From contig OY761159.2 of the NCBI GenBank assembly GCA_963664395.2, positions 544,001 to 608,000 on the forward strand: a stretch of 64,000 nt of DNA, read 5' to 3'. Positions 58,619 through 64,000 of this stretch are shown here, one piece after another (positions within the stretch are counted from its first letter, which is position 1; the number at the start of each line of letters is the position of its first letter). The notes beneath the pieces were generated by a model. It had not been told where the DNA came from. It did not search any database and worked only from the letters and a program-made list of their open reading frames with translations. The stretch comes from Candidatus Binatia bacterium (lineage in GTDB: Bacteria; Desulfobacterota; Binatia; Bin18). Position numbers and translations under genes: made by a program.

Positions 58619-59173
58619 TTAGAGAATGCGGGTCTCGCGCTGGCGACCGAGTTCGACCAGGCGGAGCTGGCCATCGCCCACTTCCAGACGGGTACACGAG
58701 CAGTTGTCTGGTTCAAAACAGATCACCCGGTCATCCTGGGTGGCCGCACCGACCGCCACGTTAATGGCAATAAAGTGGGAGGTGACGACGGTCGTGGTCT
58801 TGAGGGCGACCAGGGAGGAAACGACCCGATCCCGCCACTCCTGATACTGGGGCGCAAGTTCACTCCAACGGCCGCGCATGGCCTGTCTGAGCCAGTCCGC
58901 GCGTGCTTGCAGATCTTGCGTTGGAGACGGGATCTCGGCCACCGCCGGTTCGACGTGGGCCTGGACTTTCCAGCGTTTCTCAAACGCCGCGGCGGTCAGG
59001 CGCGTGCGCTGGAGTGGGCTGGTGACAATGGGCAGCGGGCCCAGCGATTCCAATTCGTTTGTGATCGCCTCAGCCTGGGCCAAACCGATTGCATCGAGTC
59101 CGGGGTCATATGCCTGATCAAAGCCGGCGCTGGCCTGTCCGTGGCGGATTAAATACAGCGTAGTCGTGGGCAT
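58619..59173 (-). CDS. histidine phosphatase family protein
   Basis: LIRHG, SPL.RT..TA, SH motif. Confidence 0.9.
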   Translation of the reverse strand: MPTTTLYLIRHGQASAGFDQAYDPGLDAIGLAQAEAITNELESLGPLPIVTSPLQRTRLTAAAFEKRWKVQAHVEPAVAEIPSPTQDLQARADWLRQAMRGRWSELAPQYQEWRDRVVSSLVALKTTTVVTSHFIAINVAVGAATQDDRVICFEPDNCSCTRLEVGDGQLRLVELGRQRETRIL

Positions 59174-59206
59174 GCTTGTCCTTGGTATAGGGCGCTGGCG
59201 TATCCG

Positions 59207-59932
59207 TCAGCTTACATCCGGAGGCATCTCCGGCGGTCGGCTGCGAATAGCGCTTGCGGTCAGAGAATTCAAAAATTCCTGCAAGAAATCGTCCTGTTCA
59301 AATCGTGTGATGAGGGCCTGCCAGAGGGCAGGCTCGGTGTAGCCCCGGATACACGGGACAACAAACTGTTCACGATAGGCGTTCAGGGCAGCGGCGTACA
59401 GGGTGAGTCCGGTTCGATACTGTTCCAGTCCGCCCTGATAGCGGGCCAAAACCTCGGCATAGGCCTCACGAGCCTGGCAGTATTTCTCCTCCGTGAGCGT
59501 CCTTTTCCGGTGCGCTTCTTCGGCTTCAAGAAACTGCTCATGGGCCAGCCGCATCCCTTGCTCCCACTGCCGGCGTGCTGCGGCGTGTTGCTCTCTTAGC
59601 TGGACAAGCAGGGTGCGCTTAGGCCGTACGATGGTCCGACGGATTTTTCCAATCTGTCGAGCTAATGCCTGGTCGTAGTCCTCAGGAGGATGGAGGCGTA
59701 AGTTCTGGTAGATGGCCTCCTGTCCCTGGGTTTTCGATTCTGCCTCACGGACCGTTCCTTGATCAGTCCGCAGCCCAAGCACGAGAAAACCGACGCTCCG
59801 CTCGACCGCTGCAAGGCGCTCGCCACAGGCCGCGAAAGTGACTCCAGCACTCGATAAGCAGACAAGAAACGCACAGCAGACCGAGCCCCAGTTGCAAAGA
59901 AGCGGCGCACAGGAGAAACGGGCGCTTCGCAT
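59207..59932 (-). CDS. hypothetical secreted helical protein
   Basis: Signal-like N-terminus and coiled-coil composition; starts directly after the OsmC stop. Confidence 0.6.
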   Translation of the reverse strand: MRSARFSCAPLLCNWGSVCCAFLVCLSSAGVTFAACGERLAAVERSVGFLVLGLRTDQGTVREAESKTQGQEAIYQNLRLHPPEDYDQALARQIGKIRRTIVRPKRTLLVQLREQHAAARRQWEQGMRLAHEQFLEAEEAHRKRTLTEEKYCQAREAYAEVLARYQGGLEQYRTGLTLYAAALNAYREQFVVPCIRGYTEPALWQALITRFEQDDFLQEFLNSLTASAIRSRPPEMPPDVS

Positions 59933-59933
59933 A

Positions 59934-60362
59934 CTAGGCAGGCAGGACGGTAACATGGAGAGAATAGGCAATACTGTCTTTCAGGAGTCCGCGCACATAG
60001 CAGCCCTTTTCTGCTCGTATGACCACAGTCCGCACAGTCTCTTCAGACGCGGAACTGTGCACGGTCAAGTCAACGTCTACGGTTTTCACAAGCCCTTTTG
60101 TGTTCGACCTGACGGAAACCGACGCTCCGGCAAGCGGGACGTGACGTGCCTGCGCAGTGATCTTGAGGGACATCAGCAGACAGCCGCATAAGCTGCCCAA
60201 GAAGGCGGTGACCGGGTCAGGTGCCGCTCCGTTTCCACCTAATTCTTTGGGCTCATCAAGTGTCCAGGCATACTGACCGGCCCGGAGTTCAACCGTACAC
60301 GAATCGCTCACAAGCGATCCCACAGTGTGACGAAAGCCACCGGGAGCTGTGCTGCTATCCAT
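59934..60362 (-). CDS. OsmC/Ohr family protein
   Basis: DEP.ELGG...PDP....GSL.GC and AEKGC two-Cys pattern. Confidence 0.88.
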   Translation of the reverse strand: MDSSTAPGGFRHTVGSLVSDSCTVELRAGQYAWTLDEPKELGGNGAAPDPVTAFLGSLCGCLLMSLKITAQARHVPLAGASVSVRSNTKGLVKTVDVDLTVHSSASEETVRTVVIRAEKGCYVRGLLKDSIAYSLHVTVLPA

Positions 60363-60389
60363 AGTTGTTTTGATGACATGCAGCCGGCA

Positions 60390-60833
60390 TTAGAACTCAA
60401 TCAGTTCCAACACGGTTCCGTCCGGATCGTGGAAGCACACAAAACGGGTCATCCCGCCGCCGAGGATGGTCTCCTGCGGCGGCGAGAGAAACTCGACCCC
60501 TTTGGCTTTGAGGTCTTCGTACTCCTGCATCAAGTTTTTCGTTTTGAGTGCAATGCGGGCGATGCCGGCATGGGCGAGGTGTGGATAGGGTGTCCCGTCC
60601 GTCTTGGGCTGCTTCCATTCGATCAGGTCAATGCGCGTCGCATGCGGGTTGTCACCCAGCATCAGGAGCGCGGCCCGTGCCTGTCCGTTCGGAATCTGCA
60701 GGCCGGCGTCCAATTGCGGGCTGCTGCCGGTCCCCAGGTCGTTGACGACCCGAAAGCCCAACATTTCATAGAACGCGAGCGAACGTTCAAAGTCGGAGAC
60801 ATTGATGTTGACATGAAAAATACTTTGAATCAT
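60390..60833 (-). CDS. VOC/glyoxalase family protein
   Basis: HVNINVSDFERSLAFY, DPDG..LELIE. Confidence 0.9.
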   Translation of the reverse strand: MIQSIFHVNINVSDFERSLAFYEMLGFRVVNDLGTGSSPQLDAGLQIPNGQARAALLMLGDNPHATRIDLIEWKQPKTDGTPYPHLAHAGIARIALKTKNLMQEYEDLKAKGVEFLSPPQETILGGGMTRFVCFHDPDGTVLELIEF

Positions 60834-62107
60834 TAGTTCCTCTCCTCTGAATCCGGAGCGCCAATCGGATACGCAATCGCTTCAATCTGAGGGGTATGCC
60901 GTGGAGCGGGACTGGCCTGGAAAATCTTTCCGAGTTCCCGGTCCAATACGTCTTCAGCGACATAGCCGGTAAAGGCGCGCTGCACTGCACCATCAGGAGA
61001 AAAGAGAAAACTACTGGGCAAGGCAAACACCTGATAGCGCAGGCCAATCTCGTCCGACGGGTCGCGGCCAATGGCGTACGGTATATTATATTTCTGTACG
61101 AAGTCCCGCACCCCGTCTTCGTCACTCTGCAAGGCAACCCCAATCACGGCAAATCCTTGGTGTTTATACTTGTGGTACATGCGGACCAAAGCCGGCGTTT
61201 CTATGATGCAGGGACCGCACCAGGTCGCCCAAAAATTGACCAGTACGACTTTCCCCTCATAGTCGGACAAGCTCACACTATCCCCATCAACAGTCGTCAG
61301 GGTAAAGTTATAGTCTCCGTATCCATTCCTCACCGGAAGGGCTTCAGACGCAACGGGAACACCTGCTTCTTGCACCTCACTGACGAGGAGCGCTTCCGGG
61401 TTCAAAAAGGTCAGACGCGACGATACCCAGGAGAGCTTATCGGTAAAGATGAGCAGGCCGACCAGGACGAGCAGCATACCAGCCGCCACTTCCATTTGCC
61501 GCAGATATCCCTTCATGCCTTTGAACAGCGACAGAAAGCCGTTCAGGAAGGCGGCAGAGAGCATAAACGGGATGCCGAGCCCCAGGGAATACGCCGCCAG
61601 CAGGAGAACTCCGTGACTGAGCGTTTCGGTCGTGGCGGCAATCGCCAGAATACCGGCCAGGATCGGGCCAACGCAGGGTGTCCAGCCAAAGGCAAAAAAG
61701 AGCCCGGCCACAAAAGCCCGGATCATCCCAGGCTCGGCAGGCTCTTTGGAAAAGCTGCGCTGTCGGAGTAAGGCCGGGATGGGCAATACCCCGGCCAGAT
61801 GCAGCCCCAGGACCATAATGCCAAGTCCGGCGATACTTTTGAGGATGCCCAGGTTTGATCTGAGCAGTCCACTCACCGCAGAGGCCGAGGCGCCGAGGGC
61901 AATAAACACCAGCGAGAAGCCACACACAAAGGGGACGCTCTTGATCAGTGCACTGGTCATCAGTTGCGCCGAGCGCTGGCGTTCGGTGAGTTGCTCAAAA
62001 CTCATACCGGTAATAAAGGTCAAATAGCCAGGCACAATGGGCAAGACGCACGGCGAGGCAAAAGACAGAAAACCTGCCAGCAGGGCAATACCAAGTCCAA
62101 TATCCAT
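60833..62107 (-). CDS. CcdA (DsbD-TM) - TlpA thioredoxin fusion (DipZ-like)
   Basis: SFASPCVLP, GWTPCVGPIL, NFWATWCGPC. Confidence 0.92.
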   Translation of the reverse strand: MDIGLGIALLAGFLSFASPCVLPIVPGYLTFITGMSFEQLTERQRSAQLMTSALIKSVPFVCGFSLVFIALGASASAVSGLLRSNLGILKSIAGLGIMVLGLHLAGVLPIPALLRQRSFSKEPAEPGMIRAFVAGLFFAFGWTPCVGPILAGILAIAATTETLSHGVLLLAAYSLGLGIPFMLSAAFLNGFLSLFKGMKGYLRQMEVAAGMLLVLVGLLIFTDKLSWVSSRLTFLNPEALLVSEVQEAGVPVASEALPVRNGYGDYNFTLTTVDGDSVSLSDYEGKVVLVNFWATWCGPCIIETPALVRMYHKYKHQGFAVIGVALQSDEDGVRDFVQKYNIPYAIGRDPSDEIGLRYQVFALPSSFLFSPDGAVQRAFTGYVAEDVLDRELGKIFQASPAPRHTPQIEAIAYPIGAPDSEERN

Positions 62108-62550
62108 CTTTGGAGAGCATACCACAGAACGAACGGGGGAGCGATATGGCGGGAGGGACACGCGCGAATCACGACAAACCGCTTTCGATTACCGGAAGCG
62201 GGCACGAGATGCGCGGGCGAGCACGGCTGTGGCGGGACGGGGAGGCGTATCGGCGGCGGGCGCCGGAGATTGCGGCCGGGCCGTTGCCCACGGCCGAGCG
62301 GTGCGCGCCGGCCCCCTCGAGGCGGCGCGGCCACTCGTCCGTTGTGCCCCACGAAACAACCGTTGCCCACCGCCAGTGGCAACACACATAGAATACGTTG
62401 CCCAGCAGGCTGGCCTGAACGACCAATCTCAGATGTCCCGAGTCCGCACAGGTATTTGACGAAGTCGTGAAGGGTGAGTACTCTCAAGCTGGCGCCCTTG
62501 GGATCGTCGAATGACACTCAGGGCTGCACATCAAACGAGACTTTGGCGTC

Positions 62551-63156
62551 ATGTCTACTACCAAAAAAACGGACAAATCAATGGTCAATAGACGTGTATG
62601 GTCACGAAGCCGGATAGCTGTGATAGCTGCGATAGTCGGGATTCCGGCCAGTCTTGTAACCCTGTATAGCTTCTTTTTTGCGCCGTCTACGGAGCTAGGG
62701 CAACTTCTCTCACCAGAAAGAGAGCGTGTACTTGTCGCGCAAACTGTGAGCGAGTTGCGGTCGAAAAATGACGTGCGTCCATTGAGGTATGAAGAGCAGT
62801 CAGCAGACCTAAGTAGACTTAGTGGGATATACGGTTTCACAGCAGCGTCGTTCTTTGAAAGCAATATGCGGTTACACGGGGAGCTACTGTATACGATAAC
62901 TCTACAGAACGAGCCGGAACGTTATAAAGGCGTCATCGAAGTTCACAAGACGACTGAAGGAAGAGTGATGATCGTAGGTTATGTTGATGAGGGAACTGCC
63001 GCCAGAGTAGTTGATACATCTAGAGCAGTTGGTAGCGTCTTCCTGCATCACAAACCCCGGAATGAGAGTCAAATACCAATCGCAATTCCAGCGTCGAGGA
63101 TCAGAGAATGGGACTATCGTGCTCCGCACGAATTTTCTGAGATCGAGATAGATTAA
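62551..63156 (+). CDS. hypothetical protein with N-terminal membrane anchor
   Basis: 201 aa ORF, lower GC, one hydrophobic segment. Confidence 0.55.
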   Translation: MSTTKKTDKSMVNRRVWSRSRIAVIAAIVGIPASLVTLYSFFFAPSTELGQLLSPERERVLVAQTVSELRSKNDVRPLRYEEQSADLSRLSGIYGFTAASFFESNMRLHGELLYTITLQNEPERYKGVIEVHKTTEGRVMIVGYVDEGTAARVVDTSRAVGSVFLHHKPRNESQIPIAIPASRIREWDYRAPHEFSEIEID

Positions 63157-63314
63157 AGCGAAAGGGTAGATGATCGACTTACGGTCAGGCCTTTTCCGTT
63201 TCGCCTGCTTCCGCTACATCGCCGTCAAGTGTTCTCGGTTCCAACCCCACGCCTGAGCAACACTACGCTGCACGACCTCAGCTCCTGTCGCTTCCGGGCC
63301 GGGGTTCTGGAGGG

Positions 63315-63761
63315 ATGTCTAAGAAGGACGATACTCAACCGCCCGCGCCACGTGGCCGAGGAACACGAAAAACGGCGACCATTGGGGCAGTGGAACGGGG
63401 AGGCCGAGCCTTTGCGAAAGTGGCAACGGACTTGTCGAGCCGGGGCATTCAGCGGTTCTTAGGAGAAACGGTTGATATGGAACAAACACACCTGATGACG
63501 GATGAATTTCCCGCCTATCGGACAATGGATGAACTGATGCAACATGACGTGGTGGAGCATAACCGGCGGTATGTGGACGGGCCGATTCACACGAATACGA
63601 TTGAGGGATTCTGGAGTCTGCTCAAGAGGGCCTGGTACGGCTCACACCATCACTACTCGAAAGACTTCATGCCGCTGTACGTGGCTGAGACATGCTGGAA
63701 GTATAACCACCGGAAGGATACGCAGGCGTTTGATTCGTTCTTGGCTGGAGTGTTTGCGTAG
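63315..63761 (+). mobile_element. IS1595-family (ISXO2-like) transposase, 5'-truncated remnant
   Basis: RGRGT.K...G.VERGG, MTDE..AY, V.H...YV.G..HTNTIEGFWSLLKR, Y..E..W.YN.R; N-terminal zinc ribbon and first catalytic Asp segment missing. Confidence 0.9.
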
Positions 63762-63762
63762 T

Positions 63763-64000
63763 CTACAGTTTCCCGTTCTGTAGGTGAGGGTGAGCACCAT
63801 TCTCTTGTTCACGGCTCAGCTTAAAGTAACCCTCCTTATCAAGAGTACACGTCGCGAGCTCTAACGTTTGGCGAGGAGAAATACCTAACTGTTCCGGTAT
63901 ATAATCATGTCCGACTTCTTTACTCGCCCGTCTAATACCATAACGTGCCACAACATGGCCATGATTGCGAATGATAGCTTGATCGTGCCTCTTGGTTGAT
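63763..64000 (-). CDS. 3' part of a small hypothetical protein (possibly HicA-like fold); runs off the window
   Basis: Frame open to the edge: STKRHDQAIIRNHGHVVARYGIRRASKEVGHDYIPEQLGISPRQTLELATCTL... Confidence 0.45.
   Translation of the reverse strand, partial: STKRHDQAIIRNHGHVVARYGIRRASKEVGHDYIPEQLGISPRQTLELATCTLDKEGYFKLSREQENGAHPHLQNGKL

Noticed and set aside
62020-62517. ORFs in the GC-rich stretch upstream of ccdA
   Set aside because: Arg/Pro/Gly-rich translations with no recognisable motif or RBS in any frame.
63230-63800. Complete active IS1595 element
   Set aside because: The transposase lacks its N-terminus and no terminal inverted repeats or target duplication were found.

Overview
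Accessory-type region of a moderately GC-rich bacterium, packed with catabolic oxidoreductases: seven luciferase-like monooxygenase (LLM) genes, SDRs, SnoaL and amidohydrolase genes, a DUF1329 pair, and an aromatic ring-hydroxylation/cleavage operon. This repertoire is reminiscent of Binatia/Tectomicrobia-like lineages (inference only). No rRNA, tRNA or CRISPR array was seen. The most striking signal is two convergent genes that appear to be selenoproteins truncated by the ORF caller. One is an AhpD/CMD-like protein with C-H-Y-(TGA) at 6546-6548. The other is a linalool dehydratase/isomerase-family protein whose apparent stop (7152-7154, minus strand) is followed in frame by Ser-Cys-Cys-stop, giving a putative U-S-C-C tail on a flexible linker. 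Both TGAs are followed by a hairpin in the same register (stem at +10..+17 pairing with +21..+28, G-N-U loop at +18..+20), consistent with a shared compact bacterial SECIS. Also present: a Dam-like methyltransferase/ParB-like/PD-(D/E)xK candidate defence locus riddled with indels, a small cassette flanked by a duplicated gene 3' end, several orphan gene fragments, a single-chain triple-RidA protein, REP-like palindromes and an IS1595 remnant.
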